Below are positions 35,496 to 44,263 of a stretch of DNA of 58,680 nt, in pieces. The position numbers and the translations under genes are program-made. The notes beneath the pieces were generated by a model, which saw nothing but the letters and a program-made list of their open reading frames with translations, searched no databases and was not told the origin of the DNA. The stretch is from Thermoplasmata archaeon (lineage in GTDB: Archaea > Thermoplasmatota > Thermoplasmata > RBG-16-68-12): contig JBGPGA010000002.1 in assembly GCA_041483635.1 (NCBI GenBank), forward strand, positions 1-58,680, read 5' to 3'. Every line of letters begins with the position of its first letter. Within the stretch, counting starts at the first letter, position 1.

Positions 35496-37436
35496 TTACG
35501 CCGTCCCCGTGCGGGCGCCCTCGTTCAGCCGGAGCGCGCGGTCCGCGCAGGACGTCGCCTCGTCGTACCGCCCGAGCTTCGTGAGCACGTAACCCTTGTT
35601 GACCCACGCGCCGCGGTATCCCGGGTCGATCTCGACCGCCCGCTCGTAGCAGGACAACGCCTCCTCAAGGTGGCCGAGCCGCGCGAGCGTGTTCCCCTTG
35701 TTGTTCCAGGCGACCTCGTACTTCGGGTTGACTTTGATCGCGGCGTTGAAGCACCGCAGCGCGTCGAGGAGGCGCCCCATCTTCGTGAGGGCGTTCCCCT
35801 TGTTGAGCCAGGCGACCTCGTTTCGGGGGTTCAGGTCGAGGGCCTTGTCGATCGCGCGGAGGGCCTCGTCGTAGCGGCCCAGGAGGATGTGGCTCGCTCC
35901 TTTCCCGTACCACGGCATCTCCTCCCCCGGAGCGCCCTGGCTGCCGACGGCGATCGCCCGATCGAAGTCCTTCACGGACTGCACGTAGTCCGCGTGCTCG
36001 AGGTGCCGCTCCGCCTTCGTCAGCTCGCGGTGCATGACCAGGCTCGTTCGCCGCTGGTGCAGCCCTTCGGCCGCCACGGCCGCGGGCCACGGCACGATCG
36101 CGAGGAGGCCGAACGTCCAGGCCGCGGTCCCCGCGAACGGAAGCCCGAGCCCGGCCACGACGCCGGACGCCACGAGCGGGATCCCGGAGGCCGCGACAAG
36201 CAGGTCGCGGAGGTCTGACTTCACGAGGCGTCGGGTCGCGAGGGCGAGCGCGACCGCGCCCCCCACCGAGAGGACGGGAGCGAGGGTCACCGGGAACAGG
36301 GGGGCAGCCGCGCACAGGACCGATCCCGCAAGGAGGGGGAGGGCGTCGCTACGCCTGGCCGGATTCGTCCTTCGGAGAATGGCCGTCGCGACGACGTAGG
36401 CGGAAAGGATCGTGACCACAAAGGAGGTGGCCCACGCGATGTCCGCCTGGCCGAGGAGATCCGAGAGGTAGAGGCTCGCTGCGGCGGCCACCACGAGCCC
36501 GCCCAAGAGTTCGGAAGGTAACAGACCTCTCGAAGTGCGTGACGCGGCACCGTGCGAAGCCGCCTTCGGGGTCGGCCTGGGCGAGGGGGCCCGGGCACGC
36601 GGCGGCGGAGCCTGGGTCGCGGCGACGGGCCGAGGGTCGTTGTGCGGGATGGGCTTCGGGGGCAGAGGCGCAGGCTTGGATACGGTCCTCTTCAAAGCTT
36701 TCGGCGACCCGGCGGTGAATTTCCTGCGGGGCCGGATCGGGACGGCGGGGGAGCGCGGGGTGGGCGCAGGCGGCCGGGGCCGCATGATCCTGCGGAGCTT
36801 CGCGACGGGACGCATCCGCTGGTCGGGCGTCGGGGGTCCCGGCCGATCGAGGTCTTCCAAAATGTCGTCGATCAGGTCGAGATCCGGCTCTTCGACGGAC
36901 TGCTCGGCCGAGGCCTCGGCGGGCGGCGCGGGGTGCGGCGGAGGGGCCGCGATCTCCGGTGCGGGAGCGGGTTCGCCTCCCGGAGGCTCCTCGGTCCCGC
37001 CGAGCGGTTCACCGCATATCTCGCACTCCTTCCAGACGGCCTCGTTGTCCGCCCCGCACACGGGGCAGAGGACCGTGTCGAGGATGTCCTTCTCCGGCTC
37101 GGCCTCGGCGGGCTCGGGTTCGAACTCGGCCGCACACCGAGGACACTTCGAATCCCCCGTGGCCACGAATCCGCCGCAGTTCGTACAGAGGAACAGGAGC
37201 CCGTTCTCCCCCCGCTGCAGGACGTCGTCCACGTTCCGGTCCTGGAGCTGGTTCGGATGGCGGAACCCCTTCTCGAACAGGGCGAGGGCCTTCTCGCGGG
37301 GGATGCCGAAGGCTCGGCAGAGGCGGACGACTGCCTCGTCGATGACGAAGGCCCCGCAGTTGTCACACTCCGTCTCGTCCGGGGGCATCGGCTCCTGGCA
37401 GACGGGGCACAGGGCCCGGGCCGTTTTCCCGGGCAT
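35496..37436 (-). CDS. Multi-zinc-ribbon / polytopic membrane / TPR protein
   Basis: The N-terminus has four CxxC pairs (CPVC..CDNC, CTNC..CPRC, CPVC..CEIC). It is followed by a Pro-rich linker, about 6 TM helices and 5-6 C-terminal TPR repeats. Start at ATG 37436, 35 nt from TATA GCTTTATG. The track start 37466 lies inside that TATA. Confidence 0.7.
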   Translation of the reverse strand: MPGKTARALCPVCQEPMPPDETECDNCGAFVIDEAVVRLCRAFGIPREKALALFEKGFRHPNQLQDRNVDDVLQRGENGLLFLCTNCGGFVATGDSKCPRCAAEFEPEPAEAEPEKDILDTVLCPVCGADNEAVWKECEICGEPLGGTEEPPGGEPAPAPEIAAPPPHPAPPAEASAEQSVEEPDLDLIDDILEDLDRPGPPTPDQRMRPVAKLRRIMRPRPPAPTPRSPAVPIRPRRKFTAGSPKALKRTVSKPAPLPPKPIPHNDPRPVAATQAPPPRARAPSPRPTPKAASHGAASRTSRGLLPSELLGGLVVAAAASLYLSDLLGQADIAWATSFVVTILSAYVVATAILRRTNPARRSDALPLLAGSVLCAAAPLFPVTLAPVLSVGGAVALALATRRLVKSDLRDLLVAASGIPLVASGVVAGLGLPFAGTAAWTFGLLAIVPWPAAVAAEGLHQRRTSLVMHRELTKAERHLEHADYVQSVKDFDRAIAVGSQGAPGEEMPWYGKGASHILLGRYDEALRAIDKALDLNPRNEVAWLNKGNALTKMGRLLDALRCFNAAIKVNPKYEVAWNNKGNTLARLGHLEEALSCYERAVEIDPGYRGAWVNKGYVLTKLGRYDEATSCADRALRLNEGARTGTA

Positions 37437-37512
37437 CGCTCCTGTCCATGCCCGCCCTCGGGCCATAAAGCCATTGACCCGGTTGTCAGCCCCGATAACC
37501 CTCGGACGGACC

Positions 37513-37520
37513 GCTTAAGT
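37513..37520 (+). promoter_or_regulatory. TATA-like element GCTTAAGT
   Basis: 34 nt upstream of ATG 37547. The divergent partner GCTTTATG (minus, 37464-37471) serves the TPR gene. Confidence 0.45.
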
Positions 37521-37546
37521 AGCGCGGGCCTCTTGCTCGCACATCC

Positions 37547-38290
37547 ATGGCGGTGTCCCAGCTCGATTTCAGCATCGCCCTCGCCCTGGGGCTCGGCCCG
37601 GCGCTCGCGGTCCTGTACTGGTCCGTCCGCCGGTACGACATCCCCTTCACCCGGTACCGCCTTTTCGACGACCGGCGCCTGTTCGGCGGCTTCGCGGTCG
37701 GCCTGGTCTTCGGCGCGATCGCGGCCTTCGTGGAGGTCAACGCTCCGTCTGGATTGGCGGGGACCGTGGCCGCCCTGGCCGCGTTCTTCCTGTTCGAGGA
37801 GTCCTTCAAGACGGTCTGGCTGAACCGCCGCGCGTACCGCGGACGGTTCGACACGACGTTCTACGGCGTCGCGGTCGGCGCGGGCGTGGCGGGCACCCTG
37901 GCCGTGGCCAGCGCCGTCTCGAGCGTGGCCGCCTCGCCGGCTTCCCTGCACACCGCGGAAAGCCTGCTCCTCCTCGGGCTCTTCTCCGTGAGCTGGAGCC
38001 TGATCCACGCGGCCACGGGCGTGCTGATCGGGTTCGGCGCTTCGCGGGGCGAGACCCTGTGGCCCCTCCTCAAGGCCCTCCTCGTGCGCTACGCGCACGG
38101 GGCCATCCTCCTCGCTTTCTTCCTCGGAGCCGAGGAACCGTGGAGCCTCCTCGCGGTCGCCACGTCGATCGTCTTCGCCGCGGTCCTCTATCACTACGCG
38201 TACTCGATCCTGCTCCCCGCCACCCTGCCCGACGACATCAAGCGGGACATGCAGCGCGAGAAGCGCCGGGCGCGCCGCGCTAAGGCATGA
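37547..38290 (+). CDS. Polytopic membrane protein, possibly a PrsW-like intramembrane protease
   Basis: 247 aa, about 7 TM helices. FLFEESFK (EExxK-like) and later His residues in helices. The functional assignment is weak. TATA GCTTAAGT lies 34 nt upstream. Confidence 0.55.
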   Translation: MAVSQLDFSIALALGLGPALAVLYWSVRRYDIPFTRYRLFDDRRLFGGFAVGLVFGAIAAFVEVNAPSGLAGTVAALAAFFLFEESFKTVWLNRRAYRGRFDTTFYGVAVGAGVAGTLAVASAVSSVAASPASLHTAESLLLLGLFSVSWSLIHAATGVLIGFGASRGETLWPLLKALLVRYAHGAILLAFFLGAEEPWSLLAVATSIVFAAVLYHYAYSILLPATLPDDIKRDMQREKRRARRAKA

Positions 38291-38756
38291 GGTCCACGAC
38301 GCGGTAGAAGCCCGGTTTGGGCTCGAAGACGACGTTCGCGTCGAGGAGGACCGCCAGCGCGCCCTCCGCGTCGGGCAGCCCCAGTCCCTCCAGCACCTGC
38401 ATCCAGTCGTCGCGCGTGAAGAGCTCGAGCTCGTTCGTCAGCTCGACCGCTGCGGCCCGCATCCTCGACGATCGGTCGCCCCGCTTCGGGACGGCCGCGA
38501 TGATCCGGGCGTGGACCTCCCGCAGCCGGGGCTTCTTCGGCGGGGCGAACGCCCTCCTCACTTCCTTCGCGCCACCGGCGAGCTCGGCGTTGACCTGGCC
38601 CACGAGAGGCGCCAGCTCCCTCGCGGTCGTGGCCCTCCCGCGAACGCGGGCGGGGACGACCCGGATGTCGAAACCGCATGAGCACGTGGTCGTCTTCTGC
38701 TTCAGGTCGACGCCCTTTGCCTTCCGACACCGGGGACAGACGACGACACCGTACAT
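38280..38756 (-). CDS. Zinc-ribbon protein (DUF1922/DUF5817-like N-terminus) with helical C-domain
   Basis: MYGVVVCPRCRKAKGVDLKQKTTTCSCG. Lies 5 nt downstream of pdaD on the same strand. Convergently overlaps the previous gene by 11 nt. Confidence 0.6.
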   Translation of the reverse strand: MYGVVVCPRCRKAKGVDLKQKTTTCSCGFDIRVVPARVRGRATTARELAPLVGQVNAELAGGAKEVRRAFAPPKKPRLREVHARIIAAVPKRGDRSSRMRAAAVELTNELELFTRDDWMQVLEGLGLPDAEGALAVLLDANVVFEPKPGFYRVVDLMP

Positions 38757-38760
38757 TCTC

Positions 38761-39249
38761 TCAGGTCATGAACACGACCGCGGCGAGGCAGGCCCCGTAG
38801 TGGTCCATCGGCGTGCTGAGTTCCTCGATCTTGTACTCGAGATGGCGGAACTTGATGCCGCGCATCTTCGCCATCTCCCCCATCTTCCACTCGAGGACCT
38901 CCTGGAGGGACTTCTTCGTGCCGTGCATGTGGCCTTCCGCGACATAGCCGCCGAGGCCGTCGTCGCGGAACCCGTATGCGATCCCTGCGGAGATCGTCTC
39001 GCCCTCGCCGCCCCTCTGCTGCGCGAGCACGCAGAAGGTGATCGCGCCCATCGGGAGATCGCGAATCCGCACCTGCCGGATCCCGACCGGGAGGACGGAG
39101 GAGACGGAGACGATGTTCTGCTCGGACAGGCCCGCATTCTGGAGGGCCTCGTCGAACGCGTTCAGGTCGGAGACCTTGGAAACGGCCTTCCCTGACGTGA
39201 CGAAAAACTTCGTTGGGACGGGCAACATGGTGCTCTGCGGACGCGGCAC
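38761..39249 (-). CDS. pdaD: Pyruvoyl-dependent arginine decarboxylase
   Basis: LNAFDEALQNAGLSEQNIVSVSSVLP (self-cleavage Ser-Ser site) and GYVAEGHMHG. GTG start at 39249; alternative ATG at 39228. Confidence 0.85.
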   Translation of the reverse strand: MPRPQSTMLPVPTKFFVTSGKAVSKVSDLNAFDEALQNAGLSEQNIVSVSSVLPVGIRQVRIRDLPMGAITFCVLAQQRGGEGETISAGIAYGFRDDGLGGYVAEGHMHGTKKSLQEVLEWKMGEMAKMRGIKFRHLEYKIEELSTPMDHYGACLAAVVFMT

Positions 39250-39308
39250 ATTGTCGCGCTCGGCTTAAGCGTTTGCAGAGGGGCGGCGAGAATCTTCACA
39301 GCTCGCAC

Positions 39309-39345
39309 TGATTATTTTTATCTTCTGTCATATATTTATAATGGC
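39309..39345. other. Extremely AT-rich block (about 12% GC over 32 nt)
   Basis: TGATTATTTTTATCTTCTGTCATATATTTATAATGG lies between the rimI stop (39346) and the pdaD start. It is the most AT-rich stretch I saw in the window. Confidence 0.6.
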
Positions 39346-39810
39346 CTAGGCGAGCGAACCGGACGTGTCCGTTCCCTCCGCGATGGAGCGCATCATGCTG
39401 TAGGCGTCCTCGCCCCAGGAGTAGTATCCGTAGAGCACGCCGTCGGTCCGGTATCCGAGGCCGCGGTAGAACTCGATGGCGGCGTAGTTGCGGGTGCTGA
39501 CCTCGAGCCTTACCCGGACGCATGCCCGCCTCCGTGCTTCCGCCTCTGCGGCTTGCATCATCTTGGTCCCGAGTCCGTGACGGCGATGTTCGGGCATCGT
39601 GGCGACGGACAGGACGCGGCAGAACGGTCCCTCGAAGAGGAGCATGATCGCTCCATCCAGCCGCCCGCCATCCGTTTCCTCGACCAGCGTCAGGGCGCGC
39701 TCGTTCCGCAGAATCCAGTCCAGGTGGTCTCGACGGAAGCGGCGCTCCTTGAAGCACGCGGTCTCGATCCGATAGATTCCGTCAAGGTCCTTCGGCGTGG
39801 CGGGTCGCAT
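39346..39810 (-). CDS. rimI: GNAT acetyltransferase, RimI-like
   Basis: MRPATPKDLDGIYRIETACF, VATMPEHRRHGLGTKMM and AIEFYRGLGY. Internal ATG 39810 of track ORF 39346-39966. Confidence 0.75.
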   Translation of the reverse strand: MRPATPKDLDGIYRIETACFKERRFRRDHLDWILRNERALTLVEETDGGRLDGAIMLLFEGPFCRVLSVATMPEHRRHGLGTKMMQAAEAEARRRACVRVRLEVSTRNYAAIEFYRGLGYRTDGVLYGYYSWGEDAYSMMRSIAEGTDTSGSLA

Positions 39811-39962
39811 CAAGGCGGGGATTGAGCGCAAGGATGGTTCATCTCCTTTTCCCTCCTTCTCAGACCTACAAGCGGTCCGCCTCTTCCACGAATCGGATGG
39901 ATGAGCGACCGAGGTTGGCCGATGGCAGCTCCTCCGGCAATCCAGTCCCCCGGCCCGCGAAA

Positions 39963-39970
39963 GCATAATC
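39963..39970 (+). promoter_or_regulatory. TATA-like element GCATAATC for asnS
   Basis: 34 nt upstream of ATG 39997. Confidence 0.4.
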
Positions 39971-39996
39971 TAGAGCCACCGGAATGGCCGAAGGCT

Positions 39997-41286
39997 ATGG
40001 TGGCCATCGCGGACCTCCTGCATGGCAAGCACACGGGGCAACCCGTCGAGCTGAAAGGCTGGATCTACCGCACGCGCACGGTCGGCGGAAAGGCCTTCGT
40101 CGTGCTTCGGGACGCCACCGACATCATCCAGGTCACGATGTCGAAGGACGCGGTTCCGCCCGAGGCGTTCACCGCCGCGGAGAAAGCCCTCATTGAATCG
40201 TCGGTCGTCGTGCGAGGGACCGTCGTCGCGGACAAGCGCGCGCCGGGCGGGTTCGAGGTCCGCGTCTCCGATTTCCGGGTCGTCCACTTCGCGGAGAAGT
40301 TCCCGATCCAGGAGGATTTGAGCGAGGAGTTCCTCCTCGACGTTCGCCACCTCTGGGTCCGCTCGCAGAAGATGACCACGACGTTCCGGATCCGGGACTG
40401 CACGTTCAAGGCCGTCCACGAGTACTTCCGGCGCGAGGGATTCTGGGAGGTCTCCCCGCCGATGATCACGCCCGCGGGGAGCGAGGGCGGGTCCACGCTC
40501 TTCCAGGTCGACTACTTCGGCAAGAAGGCGTACCTCACCCAATCGTGGCAGCTATACGCCGAGGCACTCGTCCTGGCCATGGAGAAGATCTACTACGTCG
40601 GCCCGTCCTTCCGCGCCGAGAAGTCGCGGACCACGCGTCACCTGACCGAATACTGGCATGCGGAGATGGAGCAGGCGTGGGTCGGGATGGACGAGGTCAT
40701 CAAGCACGCGGAGGGCGTGATCTCCCACGTCTGCCAGCTCGTCGCCGAGGAGCGCCCGGACGATGTCGTTGCGATGGGCCGGACGCCGGAATTCCTGAAG
40801 GCGGTCAAGCCGCCGTTCGAGCGCATCACTTACGATGAAGCGCTCAAGGTCCTCAAGTCCAAGGGGATCGAGATCGAGTGGGGCAAGGATCTCCGGACCC
40901 TGGAGGAGCGCGCCCTGACGGAGGGCAAGACGAAACCGATCGTCGTGACGCACTACCCGCGCGTCTCCCAGGCGTTCTACAAGGCGCGGGACCCGGACCA
41001 CCCGGACCTCGTCCTCGGCTTCGACGTGATCGCCGGTGACGGCGTCGGCGAGGTCGTCGGAGGGAGCGAGAGGGAGACGGACCTCGAGGTGATCAAGAAG
41101 TCCCTCCTCGAGCAGGGCGAAGACCCGAAGTCCTACGACTGGTACCTCGACTCCCGCCGGTACGGGAGCGTCCAGCACGCCGGGTTCGGGATGGGGATGG
41201 AGCGCCTCATCCAGTGGATCTGCAAGCTCGAGCACATCCGCGATGCGGTCCCGTTCCCGCGGACGCCCGCGCGCTACTACCCCTGA
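39997..41286 (+). CDS. asnS: Asparaginyl-tRNA synthetase (archaeal type)
   Basis: Near-colinear with Pyrococcus AsnRS: KRAPGGFEVRV, YLTQSWQLY, GPSFRAEKSRTTRHLTEYWH, YGSVQHAGFGMGMERL, and C-terminal FPRTPARYYP. ATG 39997 lies 34 nt from TATA GCATAATC. Confidence 0.9.
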   Translation: MVAIADLLHGKHTGQPVELKGWIYRTRTVGGKAFVVLRDATDIIQVTMSKDAVPPEAFTAAEKALIESSVVVRGTVVADKRAPGGFEVRVSDFRVVHFAEKFPIQEDLSEEFLLDVRHLWVRSQKMTTTFRIRDCTFKAVHEYFRREGFWEVSPPMITPAGSEGGSTLFQVDYFGKKAYLTQSWQLYAEALVLAMEKIYYVGPSFRAEKSRTTRHLTEYWHAEMEQAWVGMDEVIKHAEGVISHVCQLVAEERPDDVVAMGRTPEFLKAVKPPFERITYDEALKVLKSKGIEIEWGKDLRTLEERALTEGKTKPIVVTHYPRVSQAFYKARDPDHPDLVLGFDVIAGDGVGEVVGGSERETDLEVIKKSLLEQGEDPKSYDWYLDSRRYGSVQHAGFGMGMERLIQWICKLEHIRDAVPFPRTPARYYP

Positions 41287-41294
41287 ACGGACAC

Positions 41295-41302
41295 CCTTTT
41301 AC
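41295..41302 (+). promoter_or_regulatory. TATA-like element CCTTTTAC
   Basis: 33 nt upstream of ATG 41328. Confidence 0.4.
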
Positions 41303-41327
41303 GCCGCCCGGCCGTAGGGTCCACCGC

Positions 41328-41819
41328 ATGGCCGCGGATCCGTTCCAGCCCCTCCTCGACGACCACGACGAGTTCTTGGAGAAGCTGACGGAGCTCGAGG
41401 CGGTCCTCGACGAGATGATCAACACCCGCGAGGCGAACGAGGGGAACCGCGAGCTCCTGGACGAGTCCCTCCGGTTCTTCCAGGAGGAGCTCCTGCCACA
41501 CTTCCGCGTGGAGGACGAGTTCGTCCTGCCTCCGCTCGAGGCGGCAATCGGCCGCTACGGAACCCTCGTGAACGTCGTCGCGTACGAGCACGAGGAAGTC
41601 CGGCGGGAGATCGTGAAGTTCCGGGAGGCGCGGGCGCAGCTCGACGCCTCGAAGGACGCGTGGCCCGCGATCCAAGAGCTGAACCGCCACGGGGTCTTCA
41701 CCATCCAGTTCCTCTGGGACCACTTCCGCAAGGAGAAGGTGAGTCTCTTCCCGACCGCGCGGAAGGCCCTCAAGGCGGACCAGCTCGCCGCGATGGCCGC
41801 GAGGATCGCTCAGCGTTGA
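41328..41819 (+). CDS. Hemerythrin-like (HHE cation-binding) domain protein
   Basis: 163 aa, all-helical. DDHDEFL, LPHFRVEDEF, YEHEEVRRE and WDHFRKE are spaced like hemerythrin His/Glu/Asp ligands. Confidence 0.7.
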   Translation: MAADPFQPLLDDHDEFLEKLTELEAVLDEMINTREANEGNRELLDESLRFFQEELLPHFRVEDEFVLPPLEAAIGRYGTLVNVVAYEHEEVRREIVKFREARAQLDASKDAWPAIQELNRHGVFTIQFLWDHFRKEKVSLFPTARKALKADQLAAMAARIAQR

Positions 41820-42256
41820 TCTCTCGCCGCGCGGATGGCCTTGGCCAATCGGTCAAGCTCCTCGTGCTTCGGCATCGTGCCGTAGTGGGGCCCCATCCGG
41901 AGCCCCACCCCGTCCCCCGCGTACCTCGGGTACACGTGCAGATGGACGTGGAAGATCTCCTGGCCCGCGACCACCTCGTCGGCCAGGTGTACGTTCACGC
42001 CCTCAGCCTTGATGCCGCTTCGGCGGAGGGCCACCGCGAGTTCCCGCGCCATCTCGAAGAGGCGCCCGCCTTCGCCTGGCGGCAAGTCGGCGAGGTGGGC
42101 CGCGTGGGCCTTCGGGATCACGAGGAGATGACCCGGGTTGATCGGCCGGATGTCTAGGAAGGCGAGGGTCGTCTCGTCCTCGGCCACGATGCTGGCCGGC
42201 AGTTCATGACGGACGATCTTGCAGAAGATGCAGGTCGCTTCGGCGTCCGCCGTCAT
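41810..42256 (-). CDS. HIT family hydrolase
   Basis: CIFCKIV, DIRPINPGHLLVIPK and the histidine triad HVHLHVYPR. Confidence 0.85.
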   Translation of the reverse strand: MTADAEATCIFCKIVRHELPASIVAEDETTLAFLDIRPINPGHLLVIPKAHAAHLADLPPGEGGRLFEMARELAVALRRSGIKAEGVNVHLADEVVAGQEIFHVHLHVYPRYAGDGVGLRMGPHYGTMPKHEELDRLAKAIRAARDQR

Positions 42257-42322
42257 GATTGTCGCGAAGAAGGCTCATCCCTTCAACCTTTTGCGTGGCG
42301 GGTCTGGCGGGATGCGACGGCC

Positions 42323-43486
42323 CTATGCGCGTTTCGTGGACGGTCCGAGGATGTGTTCCGCGATCACAAGCTTCTGGATCTCGTTGGTCCCTTCGTACAG
42401 GCCCAGGATCCGCGCGTCCCGGAAGAACCGCTCGACGTCGAACTCGCCGCTGAAGCCGTAGCCGCCGTGGACCTGGACGGCCCAGTCCGTGACCCGCTGC
42501 GCCATCTGCGCCCCGAACAGTTTGGCCATGGACACCTCGACCGTGTTGTCCAAGCCGAGGTCCCGCAAATGCGCGGCGCGCAGGGTGAGGAGTCGGGCCG
42601 CGTCGATTTCCACCGCCGATTGGGCGATCATCTCCCGGACGAGCTGGAAGTCGCCGATCGGGCGACCGAACGCCTTCCGCTCTTTCACGTACTTCGTGGC
42701 GGCCTCCAAGGCGGCCCGCGCCACGCCGACAGCGCCCGCCGCGATTCCGATCCGGCCGCTGTTCAGCGTCTTCATGGCCTGGTCCCAGCCGTCGCCTTCC
42801 TTCCCAACGAGGTTCTCCCTCGGGATCCGGCAGTCCTCGAAGGCAAGGTCCGCGGTCGGGCTGGCGCGGAGCCCGAGCTTCGTCTTGGACTCGACGTGGG
42901 TGACCTTGAAGCCGGGCGTCCCTTGCGGGACGAGGAAGAGGCTCAGTCCCTCGTGGCGCTTCGAGCCCGGCTTCCGCGCATACACCTGGACGTAGTCCGC
43001 GATGCTCCCGTTCGAGATGAACCGTTTCTGGCCGTTCAGGACGACCTCATCGCCCTCGTCCCGGTAGCTCGTGGACAGGTTCGCGGCGTCGCTGCCCGCC
43101 TCGGGTTCGGTGAGGGCCCACGCGCCGAGCTTCTCGCCCTTCGCGAGGGGGACGAGCCATCGCTGCTTCTGCTCCTCGTTCCCGAACCACATCAGGGAGG
43201 TCTCGGACAGGGAGGTCTGGACGCTCACGGTCGTCCGCACGGACGAGGACCCGCGGCTGAGCTCCTCCACGAGGAGCATGAACGAGACGTAGTCCATCCC
43301 CGCGCCGCCGTATTTCTCCGGCACGGGGGCCCCAAGGAAGCCGAGCTCGGCCATCTTGGCGTAGAACGCGCGGGGGATCTCGCCTTTCTCCTCCCATTCC
43401 CGGTTGTGGGGGATGATCTCTCGGTCCACGAAGTCCTTCGCGGTCTGCTGGACGAGCTTCTGCTCCTCAGTGAGCCGGAAGTCCAT
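42323..43486 (-). CDS. Acyl-CoA dehydrogenase (short/medium-chain type)
   Basis: MDFRLTEEQ, ALTEPEAGSD, FISNG, QVHGGYGF and YEGTNEIQ. Confidence 0.9.
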   Translation of the reverse strand: MDFRLTEEQKLVQQTAKDFVDREIIPHNREWEEKGEIPRAFYAKMAELGFLGAPVPEKYGGAGMDYVSFMLLVEELSRGSSSVRTTVSVQTSLSETSLMWFGNEEQKQRWLVPLAKGEKLGAWALTEPEAGSDAANLSTSYRDEGDEVVLNGQKRFISNGSIADYVQVYARKPGSKRHEGLSLFLVPQGTPGFKVTHVESKTKLGLRASPTADLAFEDCRIPRENLVGKEGDGWDQAMKTLNSGRIGIAAGAVGVARAALEAATKYVKERKAFGRPIGDFQLVREMIAQSAVEIDAARLLTLRAAHLRDLGLDNTVEVSMAKLFGAQMAQRVTDWAVQVHGGYGFSGEFDVERFFRDARILGLYEGTNEIQKLVIAEHILGPSTKRA

Positions 43487-43562
43487 GGTTCCGCCCCTTC
43501 TCGCGGCCAAACGAGGGGGGTACCCTTAAAGGTTGGGCAAAGGCTGGGTCGCGTCCAGGCGC

Positions 43563-44132
43563 TCACGACTTCCGGCGCGTATCGAGCCACGTCAGGCCGA
43601 GAGCGATCCCGCCCGCCAGGTATCCGAGGAGCGCGACGCCCATCAGAGCGGCGATGGGAAGCGTGGCGGGTCCCAAGAAGTTCGTGTGGATGTAACCGAC
43701 CGTCTGTCCGCCGCCACCGAGGTTTGTGGGAAGATACGCCGCTCCGGCCAGGAATCCTTCGTAGGTCATCAGGAGGGACGCGGCCGCCGCTCCCGCGCCG
43801 CCGAGCACGAGGTGGATCCAAGCCGCCCAGATCCTCCAGCCACGGACGGCTCCTTCCAAGGTGACCTCGAGCTGTTGGTAGAAGAGCGCGCTGAGTCCGA
43901 GACCCGCGATTCCCACGAGCATGTACGAGAGGAGACCCATGACGAACCATGTGCCCGGCCCTCCTCCCGCGACAATCCGGGACGACGCAGGACCGAGCAG
44001 GTAATTCGGCGGGGTTAGACCCGCCAAGATGTTGCCCAGGAGGAGGACCGCGACGACGAGCCACGCGATGCCTCCGAGGATGAACGTCGCGGTCGTGAAT
44101 CGAATCGCCCAAGTGCTTTTCGCCGCTGCCAT
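43563..44132 (-). CDS. Polytopic membrane protein, paralogue A (unknown family)
   Basis: About 5 TM helices. Shares GTWF..G.L.Y..V...G.GLSALFY..LEV and W.HL.LG blocks with the next gene. Confidence 0.55.
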   Translation of the reverse strand: MAAAKSTWAIRFTTATFILGGIAWLVVAVLLLGNILAGLTPPNYLLGPASSRIVAGGGPGTWFVMGLLSYMLVGIAGLGLSALFYQQLEVTLEGAVRGWRIWAAWIHLVLGGAGAAAASLLMTYEGFLAGAAYLPTNLGGGGQTVGYIHTNFLGPATLPIAALMGVALLGYLAGGIALGLTWLDTRRKS

Positions 44133-44263
44133 CACAATCCCCTGAGGCCGAACAGCCGGCGGCCCTTAACCTTTCCCCTGGCCGTCGTGTGAATTGGGCA
44201 GCATAGGGCCACCTCGAACGCACAAACGGGCAGCTCGCAGGGTCTCGACGCGAAAGCGAATCA

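Noticed and set aside
39309-39345. AT-rich block as a possible replication-origin unwinding element.
   Set aside because: No flanking origin-recognition-box repeats and no cdc6/orc1 gene are present in the window. The block is only about 35 bp long. A promoter or terminator role is simpler.
42206-43864. Other long shadow ORFs: 42206-43864 (+), 52337-54307 (+), 21117-22679 (+), 13462-14700 (-), 11690-12805 (-), 19147-20544 (-), 33941-35104 (-), 36552-37823 (+), 55102-56298 (-), 57442-58569 (-).
   Set aside because: Each lies antisense to or out of frame with a gene that has clear family motifs. Their translations are low-complexity (R, P, G, A, D, E) without motifs.
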